Positions 46,701-55,036 of a stretch of 64,000 nt of DNA are shown one piece after another (position 1 is the first letter of the stretch; each line of letters opens with the position of its first letter). Under the pieces are notes generated by a model that was given only the letters and a program-made list of their open reading frames with translations, was not told where the DNA came from and ran no database searches. The DNA is taken from positions 4,694-68,693 of the forward strand of contig JAEXUB010000108.1 of assembly GCA_023453125.1 (NCBI GenBank). The letters are read 5' to 3'. The position numbers were made by a program, and so were the translations under genes. Origin of the DNA: Bacteroidota bacterium (lineage in GTDB: Bacteria; Bacteroidota; Ignavibacteria; Ignavibacteriales; Melioribacteraceae).

Positions 46701-47176
46701 GTTCTCTCTCTTTCGAGGAGCAGCTGTTCATCCTTTTTCTGTTTCGTTATATCTTCAACATTGCTTAAAATCAGGTCTTCATCATTTTGATTTATCAATA
46801 CGCCTGATACTTTTACTGTAATTGTATCCCCCCCGGCGGTAATTATCTTTCTCTCATAAGGGCCGTAAGAACCGTTTTCTTTGAGATTTTTCATCTGCTC
46901 GTTATCCGATTCATCGAAGCCTTCCGGGCTGACTCCCTTATAATTTAATTTGCGCAGCTCAGATAAATCATAACCCAGCATTTTAATTAGAGCTTTATTG
47001 GCATCAACAAATGCCCCGTCCAAACGGTTTATGGAAATTCCTATGGGAGATTTTTCGAAAAGCAGCCTATTGAATTTTTCACTCTCGCGCAGTTTGGCTA
47101 TAGTCATCTGCTGATCTTCCAGAAGATTAAGAAAAGCAGACTTGAGGTTTTCTGAATCCATGTTGTTTTTTGCCAT
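43754..47176 (-). CDS. Soluble multi-PAS sensor histidine kinase (about seven PAS/PAC, HisKA, HATPase)
   Basis: No TM segment. About seven PAS/PAC modules have recurrent DIT(E/D)RK linkers. The H-box is ANMSHELRTPLIGILGYS, with GTGLGLSIA in the HATPase region. Confidence 0.9.
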   Translation of the reverse strand: MAKNNMDSENLKSAFLNLLEDQQMTIAKLRESEKFNRLLFEKSPIGISINRLDGAFVDANKALIKMLGYDLSELRKLNYKGVSPEGFDESDNEQMKNLKENGSYGPYERKIITAGGDTITVKVSGVLINQNDEDLILSNVEDITKQKKDEQLLLERERTFRSLYENDNIGFYRTTPDGRILLANPTLIKMLGYDSFEDFSNRNLEEDGYEPNYRRVDFKKLVEEKGTLRGWEDVWYKKDGTELFIRESSKSVKDEFGVTLYYEGTVEDISDSKKTAKELKIREEIYRSIFATIGDAIFITEIETGMIIECNEQIFGFKASELIGRTTVDAGLWIEKEGRNKIVDAINRSGSVYDYESDFRKKDGSVFTGSISVTLINLNEKKYLLSVIRDITERKKAEQNILQSEQKFRTAFYTSPDSVNINRLSDGLYVSVNNGFTQLTGYTEEEVVGRTSAEISIWADAESRSKLIEGLSKSGQVNNLEARFRMKDGSIKYGLMSASIIQLEGVNHILNITRDITERKEAEKLQWELKEELHTTLYSIGDAVISTDKSGLIRQINPIAEGLTGWKEEEAKGKYLDEVFNIICEDNGNKVESPVSRVLNEGVVVGLANHTILISKDGSRRPIADSGAPIRDKDGNITGVVLVFRDQTEERASQESLLRSEERMRAIIEGTPNLFFYTQDENANTTYVSSTVEKITGYPVELWLMEKGWFLTDSIINENAKLLTHRHLNGDFTENSMVLEVKHASGSKILLEVFEYPVYKNGKVCGLQGVAHDVTARKLYEENLKKLFKATEQSPVSIVITDVKGTIEYVNPYLLEITGFSYDEVIGKNPRIFSSGNKTSEEYKELWNTILDGKLWKGQFRNRKKDGTYYWESASISAIKDDLNRITHFIAVKEDITDRKMILEQLMDAKNKAEEANKTKDLFLANMSHELRTPLIGILGYSDLLSEILKDEELVEMSKGIKRSGKRLLNTLNMILNFTKIESEKYQIVLKRLDVKDELETIEKMFRGAAIDKHIEMVLQCPDGMYINSDPSFFAVILENLVNNAIKFTERGSVSIEAGKEGNNVFIRIKDTGIGIDKDNLGIIFEEFRQVSEGINREFQGTGLGLSIAKKYTELLNGSISVESEIGIGTIFTLRFQAAE

Positions 47177-47335
47177 TATCCGCCTGTCAGAACTATATTT
47201 ACTGACTATCTCTTCCCTTACGGGAAGGAGCCGAAACTAATCATTATATTATCGCAAATAAATCCCCATTTATTAGGGATTTATTGAAAAATGCCCTTTA
47301 AAATTCTAATTACTTGGCCGGCCGGAATCGGGAAC

Positions 47336-47950
47336 TCAAATGGATTTCCCCCCAAGCTCCTTACCGCAATAGCGGCATATCTTTGCCTTGGCTTTAATTT
47401 TTTCTGCGCAGAAGGGGCATTCAATTGTGTCCCCGCTCTCCCCCGGAACAGCCGATTGATTGTTATTAGAGAAGTGGGCCGAATAAAGATTCTGTTTGTA
47501 GTTTTCCTGAACTGTGGTTAATGCCTGGCTCAATTCCTTTGGCCTTGCAATTCCGTTGTATACAGTCGCTCCCTGCTCTGCCGCGGTTTGAATTTCAACA
47601 TTTCCGAATCCAAGCATCCTTCCCAAAAAAGATTGTACATAGGTAACATTATTAATTTTATCAATCGGGCTTTCTTTCACTTTTACAGTGAATACCCCTT
47701 CTTCGTCAATTAAACGAAGGTTGGTTATTACCCAGATATTGAATTTTCTTTCGTATACTTTATAGAGCAGGTATCCAAGGGCAATTAAGATTATTATTGC
47801 GGGAATAAACAATCCAACGGACGTGGCAAATAATATATAAAAGGCTAATATGAGCAGCAAACAAGTTATAGTATATGGCATAACCAGAAAATACCAATGC
47901 TGAGTTGTTTGAAAAATTACGGCTTCTTTATCCTTTAGTGTAGTCCTCAT
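47336..47950 (-). CDS. Membrane bPH (YdbS/YdbT-like, DUF304) protein with C-terminal zinc ribbon
   Basis: Two TM helices are followed by a PH-like region (NIWVITNLRLIDEEG...GNVEIQTA). The C-terminus carries CPFCAEKIKAKAKICRYCG. Confidence 0.6.
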   Translation of the reverse strand: MRTTLKDKEAVIFQTTQHWYFLVMPYTITCLLLILAFYILFATSVGLFIPAIIILIALGYLLYKVYERKFNIWVITNLRLIDEEGVFTVKVKESPIDKINNVTYVQSFLGRMLGFGNVEIQTAAEQGATVYNGIARPKELSQALTTVQENYKQNLYSAHFSNNNQSAVPGESGDTIECPFCAEKIKAKAKICRYCGKELGGKSI

Positions 47951-48082
47951 ACTCTCCTCAATATGATTCTTTCCATTCTTAATTTAATGAAGATGAATAC
48001 AAATATCTATATTTTCCCCCGAGCCCACCATCCAAAAATGAGATTAATCTCATTGCACTACTAATTCTGAGTAAAAATTAAT

Positions 48083-48111
48083 TTGACAGGTCTATATTAT
48101 ATTGATATATT
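48083..48111 (+). promoter_or_regulatory. Candidate sigma-70-type promoter of the rex-hyd operon
   Basis: TTGACA (48083..48088), a 17-nt spacer, then TATATT (48106..48111). This is about 30 nt upstream of the rex ATG at 48142. Confidence 0.5.
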
Positions 48112-48141
48112 TATATCGATAAATAATTAGCGGTATAAACC

Positions 48142-48801
48142 ATGAAAAACGACGAAAAAAGCATAGTCAGGGTTCCAGAACCCACATTAAGAAGACTTCC
48201 AAAGTATATTAACTTACTTGAAAAGTTAAAAAGAGAATCTGTCCAGTTTGTTTCAAGCAATCTGATATCGGAAGAACTGGGGCTGGATTCGATTCAGGTA
48301 AGAAAAGATTTGGCATTAACCGGAATTTCGGGTAAACCAAAACTCGGATTTAATCTTGGCGAACTCTTGCAGGCTTTATACCACACCCTTAACTGGGATA
48401 ATTCCAACGATGCTTTCCTGGCAGGAGCCGGAAGTCTTGGCTCTGCCCTTTTGGGTTATAAAACTTTCAAAGACTACGGGCTGAATATTATTGCCGCATT
48501 TGATGTCAATCCATCCCTAACCGGGACGAAGATTAATGAGACGGAGATTCTTCCGATTGATAAACTTGCTGAAATGATAACCCGGATGCATGTTAATATC
48601 GGGGTAATATGCGTACCTGCCGATGAAGCCCAGCAAATAGCTGACTTAATGGTCCAGGGGGGAATAAAGGCAATATGGAATTTTGCCCCGGTTCACCTTA
48701 AAGTACCCGCAGGCATTATTGTCGAGAATGCGCAACTCTCACAATCGCTTGGGGTTCTTACACATAAATTAGCCGAAAGACTAAAACCAAATACAAAATA
48801 A
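48142..48801 (+). CDS. rex: Redox-sensing transcriptional repressor Rex
   Basis: The N-terminal winged helix has PEPTLRRLPKYINLL. The Rossmann block is LAGAGSLGSALLGY. At 219 aa the length is typical for Rex. Confidence 0.9.
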   Translation: MKNDEKSIVRVPEPTLRRLPKYINLLEKLKRESVQFVSSNLISEELGLDSIQVRKDLALTGISGKPKLGFNLGELLQALYHTLNWDNSNDAFLAGAGSLGSALLGYKTFKDYGLNIIAAFDVNPSLTGTKINETEILPIDKLAEMITRMHVNIGVICVPADEAQQIADLMVQGGIKAIWNFAPVHLKVPAGIIVENAQLSQSLGVLTHKLAERLKPNTK

Positions 48802-48824
48802 AAGCTATAAACTACGGAGATAAT

Positions 48825-49346
48825 ATGAACAGAAATGATGTTAGTGATTCCGGAATGGCGAGGAAGTTTGACAGAGTATGTGCTATACTTGAACAGAACA
48901 ATTACTCCCCTTCAAAACTTATTCCCATTCTTCAGGCAATTCAGGAAGAATACCGATACCTGCCCGAGAAAATTCTCACTTTCGTTGCTACTTCTCTCGG
49001 GATTCCCCCGGCAAAGGTTTACGGCGTTGCCACATTCTATTCCCATTTTGCACTTAAAGCCAAAGGAAAATATGTAATTAAAATATGCGACGGCACAGCA
49101 TGCCATGTGCGCAATTCTATTCCTATTGTTGAAGCACTAAGAAAACGGCTTGAATTATCGGAAACAAAAAACACTACTGATGATATGATGTTTACAATCG
49201 AGACTGTTTCCTGCCTCGGTGCCTGCGGCCTGGCCCCCGTTGTAGTAATTAATGACGACGTTCATTCTCTTATGACCCCCGAAAAGGCTCTTGTTGTGAT
49301 TGAAAATATTGTAAAAGAAGAGGAGAGTGAATATGCACACAATTAA
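48825..49346 (+). CDS. hydC: [FeFe] hydrogenase subunit HydC (NuoE-like, [2Fe-2S])
   Basis: NuoE/24-kDa pattern: LIPILQAIQEEYRYLP, CDGTACHV, SCLGACGLAP. Confidence 0.88.
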   Translation: MNRNDVSDSGMARKFDRVCAILEQNNYSPSKLIPILQAIQEEYRYLPEKILTFVATSLGIPPAKVYGVATFYSHFALKAKGKYVIKICDGTACHVRNSIPIVEALRKRLELSETKNTTDDMMFTIETVSCLGACGLAPVVVINDDVHSLMTPEKALVVIENIVKEEESEYAHN

Positions 49347-51228
49347 CCTGGAACAAATAAAAAACGATTATCAGTCCGCCGTTAAGGTGACTAAGAGAAG
49401 GATAATAATATGCGCCGGAACTGGCTGCGTTGCCAACGGTTCACTTAAAATATTTTCCGAATTCAGCCGCCAGATTGAGCTTAAGGGACTGAATCATCTT
49501 GTCGAAATCTCACTTAAGGAAGAGCCTGTTGATCATATACATCTTTCGGGAAGCGGATGTCAGGGCTTCTGCCAGATGGGACCCCTTGTTTCTATTGAAC
49601 CGGACAGCATACTCTACGTAAGAGTGAAAATTGAAGATGTTAAAAGAATTGTCGAAGAGACTCTGTGCAGCAACAAGGTAATTGAAGAACTCCTGTATAC
49701 CGACCCGACAAACGGGAGGAAATGCAAAGGGACAAATGAAATTCCTTTCTATAAAAGACAAAGCAGAATTGTTCTGAATAACTGCGGCAGAATAAATCCA
49801 GAAGATATAAACGAATATATCGCCCTGAGCGGATACAGCGCCGCACAGAGAGCATATCTGGAGATGAGCCCTTTGGATATCTGCGAAGAAATTGCATTCA
49901 GCGGATTGCGCGGCAGAGGGGGCGGCGGATTTCCTACAGGAAAAAAATGGGAACTTACCAGAATTCAGAAATCGGAAAAGAAATTTGTTATATGCAACGG
50001 GGATGAAGGGGACCCGGGGGCTTTTATGGACAGAAGCGTTATGGAGGGGAACCCCCATTCCGTTATTGAAGGAATGATGATAGCGGCCCGGGCAATAGGA
50101 GCCGATGAAGGATATATCTACGTAAGAGCGGAATATCCGCTCGCAGTAAAGCGTGTAAGAAAAGCAGTTGAACAAGCCGAAAAGCTTAACCTTCTGGGGA
50201 ATAATATCTTCGGATCGGGGCTCAATTTCACCATTCAGGTTATGGAAGGCGCCGGCGCATTTGTATGCGGCGAGGAGACTGCTTTAATGGCTTCCATAAT
50301 GGGTGAAAGAGGAATGCCTAATCCAAAACCTCCTTTCCCTGCTCAATCGGGATTATTCGAAAAACCGACCGTTATAAATAATGTTGAGACGCTTAGCACA
50401 GTTCCTTTGATTATTCTTAAAGGGGCAAACAGCTTTTCATCACTTGGCACTCAGAAGTCCGCCGGCACAAAAACTTTTGCGCTCACCGGGCACGTAGCTA
50501 ATACCGGGCTTATTGAAGTACCATTCGGAACTACTCTGAGAGAGATTATTTACAATATCGGCGGAGGCATTCTGGATGAAAAAGGAAACATTACTCACGA
50601 AGGATTTAAATCAGTCCAGATTGGAGGGCCTTCCGGCGGATGCCTGACCGAAGAGCATCTCGATATGCCTCTCGATTTCGATTCACTAACCGGAATTGGA
50701 GCGATGGTTGGTTCGGGCGGGCTTGTTGTAATGAACAAACAGACTTGCATGGTTTCAATTGCGCGCTACTTTATGCAGTTCACTCAGAATGAATCGTGCG
50801 GCAAATGCGTACTCTGCCGCGAAGGAACTAAACAGATGCTTGCACTTCTTGATGACATTATCGAAGGAAGAGGTTCCGAAGAAACGATTATGCTTCTGGA
50901 GGACCTGGCACACGCTGTTAAGAAAGGCTCACTGTGCGGGCTCGGAAAGACTGCGCCGAATCCGGTTCTTTCAACACTCCATCATTTCCGCGAAGAATAT
51001 GATGCTCACGTCCTGCAGCACAGATGCCCATCCAAAAAGTGCAAAGCACTAATGGCTTACGAAATTGACCCGGTTAAGTGCAAAGGATGCGGAGTATGCC
51101 TTAAGAAATGCCCGGTAGATGCTATAAGCGGTAACAGGAAAGAACCCCATTATATAAATGAACAACTATGCATTAAGTGCGGCGCATGCATTGAAGCCTG
51201 CAGATTGAATGCGGTTATAGGAGGATAA
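49333..51228 (+). CDS. hydB: [FeFe] hydrogenase subunit HydB (NuoF-like NAD(H)/FMN subunit with extra Fe-S domains)
   Basis: N-terminal thioredoxin-like 2Fe-2S (CAGTGC...CQGFCQMGP). The NuoF blocks are GLRGRGGGGFPTGKKW, NGDEGDPGAF and ESCGKCVLCREG. The C-terminus has 2x[4Fe-4S] (CKGCGVCLKKCP, CIKCGACIEAC). ATG 49333 is preceded by GGAG. Confidence 0.9.
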   Translation: MHTINLEQIKNDYQSAVKVTKRRIIICAGTGCVANGSLKIFSEFSRQIELKGLNHLVEISLKEEPVDHIHLSGSGCQGFCQMGPLVSIEPDSILYVRVKIEDVKRIVEETLCSNKVIEELLYTDPTNGRKCKGTNEIPFYKRQSRIVLNNCGRINPEDINEYIALSGYSAAQRAYLEMSPLDICEEIAFSGLRGRGGGGFPTGKKWELTRIQKSEKKFVICNGDEGDPGAFMDRSVMEGNPHSVIEGMMIAARAIGADEGYIYVRAEYPLAVKRVRKAVEQAEKLNLLGNNIFGSGLNFTIQVMEGAGAFVCGEETALMASIMGERGMPNPKPPFPAQSGLFEKPTVINNVETLSTVPLIILKGANSFSSLGTQKSAGTKTFALTGHVANTGLIEVPFGTTLREIIYNIGGGILDEKGNITHEGFKSVQIGGPSGGCLTEEHLDMPLDFDSLTGIGAMVGSGGLVVMNKQTCMVSIARYFMQFTQNESCGKCVLCREGTKQMLALLDDIIEGRGSEETIMLLEDLAHAVKKGSLCGLGKTAPNPVLSTLHHFREEYDAHVLQHRCPSKKCKALMAYEIDPVKCKGCGVCLKKCPVDAISGNRKEPHYINEQLCIKCGACIEACRLNAVIGG

Positions 51229-51229
51229 A

Positions 51230-53260
51230 GTGAAAAATAAAACGATGATGATTAATGGCAGAGAGGTTTCATTTAAAGATGAAAGAAACCTCCTTGAAGT
51301 AATTAGAAAAGCAAACATAGAAATTCCCACTTTCTGCTACCATTCCGAACTTAGCACTTACGGGGCATGCCGAATGTGCATTGTTGATATTGAAGGAAGA
51401 GGCATAATTACATCCTGTACTACCATTCCCGAAGAAGGAATGGTGGTTAAAACACATACAAAAGAAGTAAGAGACGTTAGAAAAATTGCCCTGGAACTGC
51501 TTCTTGCAAATCACGAGCAGAAATGCACTTCGTGCATTAAAAGCGCTAACTGCAAACTTCAGGATCTGGCTAATAAATTAGGAATTGACAAGGTAAGATA
51601 TAAGAAAACAGAGAACCATATTCCGCCGGATTTATCGTCAGACGCTCTTATGAGAGATCCGAATAAATGCATTCTATGCGGCGACTGCGTAAGGGCATGC
51701 TACGAAATACAGGGAATCGGCGCAATCGACTTTACCAACAGAGGCTCTCAGGTTACTGTATCGCCGGCTTTCGGCAAAGATCTTGCATCGGTTGAATGCG
51801 TTGACTGCGGCCAGTGCGCGCGCGTATGCCCTACGGGAGCCATTACTCCCAAATTCGATATTGAAAGAGTCTGGAAGGAAATTGATAATCCGAAGAAAAC
51901 AGTTGTTGCACAGATAGCACCAGCCGTGAGAGTCGCTATTGGAGAAATGTTCGGATTAAAGCCGGGAACCCAGTCCATAGGGCAAATAGTGGCCGCGCTA
52001 AAAATGTTAGGTTTCGATAGAGTGTTCGATACTTCATTCGCTGCAGATTTAACGGTACTTGAAGAGACATCGGAATTTCTTGAAAGGAAATCTAACAGCG
52101 AAAAACTTCCTTTATTTACATCCTGCTGCCCCGGCTGGGTTAAGTTTGCCGAACAGCACTATTCGGAGTTTCTGCCTAATCTATCAACCTGCAAGTCGCC
52201 GCAGCAGATGTTCGGCGCCGTAGCAAAAGAAATTCTTCCTGAACAGCTCAATGTAAAAAAAGAAAACCTGGTTGTAGTTTCCATTATGCCCTGTACTGCG
52301 AAGAAGAGCGAAGCAGCACGCCCTGAATTTTCCGAAGGGGATATTAAGGAAGTTGACATTGTTTTGACCACGCAGGAACTTGCCTCTATGATTAAACAGG
52401 CAGGCATCCGTTTTGAAAATTTGACTCCTGAATCTCTCGACCTCCCTATGGGATTTAAAACAGGGGCCGGGGTTATCTTCGGTAACAGCGGCGGCGTGAG
52501 CGAAGCGGTTTTGAGATACGCTTACGAAAAGGTAAACGAAGTTAAACTTGATTCTTTTGAATTTACCGAAACCAGAGGGGAGGATTCAATCCGCGAGCTG
52601 GAAGTAAATTTGAACGGCACTAAGGTAAAACTCGCAATTGTAAGCGGTCTCAAAAATGCGAAAAATCTGCTCGATAAGATCCGTAAAAAAGAGGCCGCGT
52701 ATGATATTATTGAGGTTATGGCCTGCCCCGGCGGATGCATTGGAGGTGCCGGACAGCCTTATATTTTCGAGGCAAATGCAAAAGAAGAAAGAACAAAAGG
52801 GCTATATGACTCGGATAAAACGCTCCAGCTTCATAAATCGCAGGAAAATCCATACATAGCAAGTTTATATAAGACCCTTCTCGTTGAGCCGGGAAGTCAC
52901 AAGGCACACAAATTGCTTCATACTAATTACAAAAACAGAAAGCGCATATTCGAATCGGAATTAAGCTTTATTGGATGCCAGGATTCCCATAAATTGGAAA
53001 TCAAAGTATGCGTGGGTACCAACTGTTATTTGAAAAACTCTCAAAAACTGATATCGCGTCTTTTGAAATATGTTGATGAGAAAGGGTTAAAAAACGCGGT
53101 GGATGTAAGCGCAACTTTCTGTATGGAAAAATGCGGAGAGGGACCCAATGTACTAATCGGAGGGGAGCATATTCCCCAGTGCACATTTGAAAAAGCAATT
53201 GATGCGCTTAACAGGAAAATGACTCCCGATTTGAAAGCAATAAAAATGGAAGCAAAATAA
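51230..53260 (+). CDS. hydA: [FeFe] hydrogenase catalytic subunit HydA (group A3-type, with C-terminal NuoE-like 2Fe-2S domain)
   Basis: H-cluster motifs are intact: TSCCPGW, MPCTAKKSEA, EVMACPGGCIGGAGQP. The N-terminus has 2Fe-2S and 4Fe-4S domains. The C-terminus carries CVGTNC...CMEKCGEGP. GTG 51230 lies 5 nt after AGGAGGA. Confidence 0.92.
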   Translation: MKNKTMMINGREVSFKDERNLLEVIRKANIEIPTFCYHSELSTYGACRMCIVDIEGRGIITSCTTIPEEGMVVKTHTKEVRDVRKIALELLLANHEQKCTSCIKSANCKLQDLANKLGIDKVRYKKTENHIPPDLSSDALMRDPNKCILCGDCVRACYEIQGIGAIDFTNRGSQVTVSPAFGKDLASVECVDCGQCARVCPTGAITPKFDIERVWKEIDNPKKTVVAQIAPAVRVAIGEMFGLKPGTQSIGQIVAALKMLGFDRVFDTSFAADLTVLEETSEFLERKSNSEKLPLFTSCCPGWVKFAEQHYSEFLPNLSTCKSPQQMFGAVAKEILPEQLNVKKENLVVVSIMPCTAKKSEAARPEFSEGDIKEVDIVLTTQELASMIKQAGIRFENLTPESLDLPMGFKTGAGVIFGNSGGVSEAVLRYAYEKVNEVKLDSFEFTETRGEDSIRELEVNLNGTKVKLAIVSGLKNAKNLLDKIRKKEAAYDIIEVMACPGGCIGGAGQPYIFEANAKEERTKGLYDSDKTLQLHKSQENPYIASLYKTLLVEPGSHKAHKLLHTNYKNRKRIFESELSFIGCQDSHKLEIKVCVGTNCYLKNSQKLISRLLKYVDEKGLKNAVDVSATFCMEKCGEGPNVLIGGEHIPQCTFEKAIDALNRKMTPDLKAIKMEAK

Positions 53261-53263
53261 AAA

Positions 53264-55036
53264 ATGTCCCCGAAATCATTCGACAGACAGATAATATTTA
53301 CAAACAAGGCACGGTGCCGCGACTGTTACAGATGCTTGAGAAACTGTCCGGTAAACGCTATAAAGCTGAAAGATCATCAGGCATCTGTTGATCCTGAAAG
53401 ATGCATCTTATGCGGTACTTGCTTAAAGGAATGCCCGCAGGAAGCAAAACAGTTCAGACGCGACCTCGACCTGGTAAAATCCCTAATCGGGGAAAACGAA
53501 AGGGTTGCGGTTAGCATTGCCCCCTCATTTCCCGCGTTATTTGAAGATTGGCAGTCTGAAAGAATTCCTTCTGTATTGAGAAAACTCGGATTCGATTATG
53601 TAAGTGAAACCGCAGAGGCCGCTTTCTATGTCGCGGGAGAAACATGTTCTCATTATTTGAATGATAAGAGTATTTCCTGTTATGCAACCGCATGTCCGGC
53701 GTTTGTAAATTACATCGAAAAATTTCAGCCGGCGCACGTAAAAAATCTCGCGCCTGTTGTATCCCCGATGATTGCGCACGCAAAGAGGCTAAAGAAAAAA
53801 CTTGCCCCCGATGCAAAAGTGGTTTTCATTGGCCCGTGCCTTGCAAAAAAAGGGGAGGCTGAAAGACCTGAATATTACGGATTGGTTGACGGAGTATTAA
53901 CTTTTACTGAATTGTTGGAATGGATAGAAGAAGAAAAAATCGACTTTAAGATGCTTGAAGCAGGTGATTTCGATGACAAAGTGGCAGGCGACTCCCGTCT
54001 TTTCCCACTGGCGGGAGGCCTGTCAAAGACAGGAGACCTTAATCCGGATAATCTTAACAGCAATGTTTTCTCGATTACCGGAGTGAATGAAATCTCAGAC
54101 ATAATAGATTCGCGCGCCAATTCAAAATCGCGCGTTCTGATTGAGCCCCTCGTTTGCGCTTCGGGATGCGTTAACGGCCCGGGGATGCCCAAGCATCAGA
54201 GCATTTTCGCAAATAAGGAAAATGTAATTAATTATGCCCTAAAGAGAGAATACGAAATGAACGCACCGGCAAATGATGTGAGCCTGAGAACAACATTTTC
54301 CAATTCTTCTGCTATATCAGAACCCGAATTCCCGGAAGAGGAAATAAGAAGAATACTCGAGCAGACAGGAAAGCTTTCGGAAGAAAATCAGCTTAACTGC
54401 GGAGCCTGCGGCTATTCATCATGCATTGAAAACGCAAGGGCAATTCTTATGGGAATGGCAGATAACGACATGTGCATCCCCCATATGAGAAGGCTTGCCG
54501 AGCAGAGAACAGACCGCATAATTGAAACAAGCCCCAACGGCATTGTGATTTTAGATTCGGAAATGTGTATACTTCATATGAATCCCGCATTTAAAAAATT
54601 CTTCAAATGCACTAACTCCATTATCGGGAAGAGAATCTCATACCTTATGGACCCGGAGCCTTTTATACGGCTTACCGGTGATGAGGAGGAAAAAATTGAG
54701 CTGATTTTAAAACATGAGAATTATCATATTACATGCCATCAGCTTCTTTACAAATTAAAAGAAGAGAAACAGTATGTCGGAATATTTGTTAACATCACCA
54801 AGAATATGGCTGATGCAGAAAAACTGGATTTATTACGAGAAAAAACAATCCACAAAGCAGAAGAGTTGCTCCAGCACCAGCTCGAAATGGCCCAGCAGCT
54901 CGCAAAACTCCTCGGTGAAAATACAGCCCGCGGAGAAGAGTTAGTTGAAAATCTTCTAACCCTTACACAGGATGAAAAAACAAAAAAGACCTCTAACAAG
55001 AATAACTGGCTATGGGATATCTACACCTCGAAGTAA
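53264..55036 (+). CDS. hydS: Sensory [FeFe] hydrogenase-like protein HydS (group C): ferredoxin + degenerate H-domain + Cx2Cx4Cx16C + PAS
   Basis: There are 2x[4Fe-4S] motifs (CRDCYRCLRNCP, CILCGTCLKECP). The H-cluster motifs are altered as in sensory enzymes: ATACPAF (proton-relay Cys to Ala), IGPCLAKKGEA (Met to Gly) and EPLVCASGCVNGPGMP. These are followed by CGACGYSSC-x16-C, then a PAS (NGIVILDSEMCILHMNPAFKKFF) and a coiled-coil tail. Confidence 0.85.
   Translation: MSPKSFDRQIIFTNKARCRDCYRCLRNCPVNAIKLKDHQASVDPERCILCGTCLKECPQEAKQFRRDLDLVKSLIGENERVAVSIAPSFPALFEDWQSERIPSVLRKLGFDYVSETAEAAFYVAGETCSHYLNDKSISCYATACPAFVNYIEKFQPAHVKNLAPVVSPMIAHAKRLKKKLAPDAKVVFIGPCLAKKGEAERPEYYGLVDGVLTFTELLEWIEEEKIDFKMLEAGDFDDKVAGDSRLFPLAGGLSKTGDLNPDNLNSNVFSITGVNEISDIIDSRANSKSRVLIEPLVCASGCVNGPGMPKHQSIFANKENVINYALKREYEMNAPANDVSLRTTFSNSSAISEPEFPEEEIRRILEQTGKLSEENQLNCGACGYSSCIENARAILMGMADNDMCIPHMRRLAEQRTDRIIETSPNGIVILDSEMCILHMNPAFKKFFKCTNSIIGKRISYLMDPEPFIRLTGDEEEKIELILKHENYHITCHQLLYKLKEEKQYVGIFVNITKNMADAEKLDLLREKTIHKAEELLQHQLEMAQQLAKLLGENTARGEELVENLLTLTQDEKTKKTSNKNNWLWDIYTSK

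Noticed and set aside
47211-47285. Two hairpins upstream of the 1140-aa kinase and downstream of the PH/zinc-ribbon gene: CTTCCC-TTAC-GGGAAG (47212..47227) and AATAAATCCC-N9-GGGATTTATT (47257..47285)
   Set aside because: They plausibly form a terminator for the PH-domain gene and a 5'-UTR stem. Neither is followed by a clean T-run on the minus strand, so I did not list them as features.
48102-48119. TTGATATATTTATATCGA overlapping the -10 region as a possible Rex box (consensus TTGTGAAnnnnTTCACAA)
   Set aside because: Only about 10 of 18 positions match. The matches are mostly A/T in an AT-rich promoter, and the GTGA/TCAC cores are missing.
54975-55036. Possibility that hydS and the PP2C gene are a single fused gene broken by a frameshift, for example at the A-runs GAAAAAACAAAAAAG
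   Set aside because: In the PP2C frame there is a TAA at 55003..55005, only two codons upstream of its ATG and downstream of the A-runs. A simple slip at the A-runs therefore cannot join the frames. The 25-nt overlap looks like ordinary translational coupling. Read-level verification would still be needed to exclude an assembly indel between 55006 and 55036.
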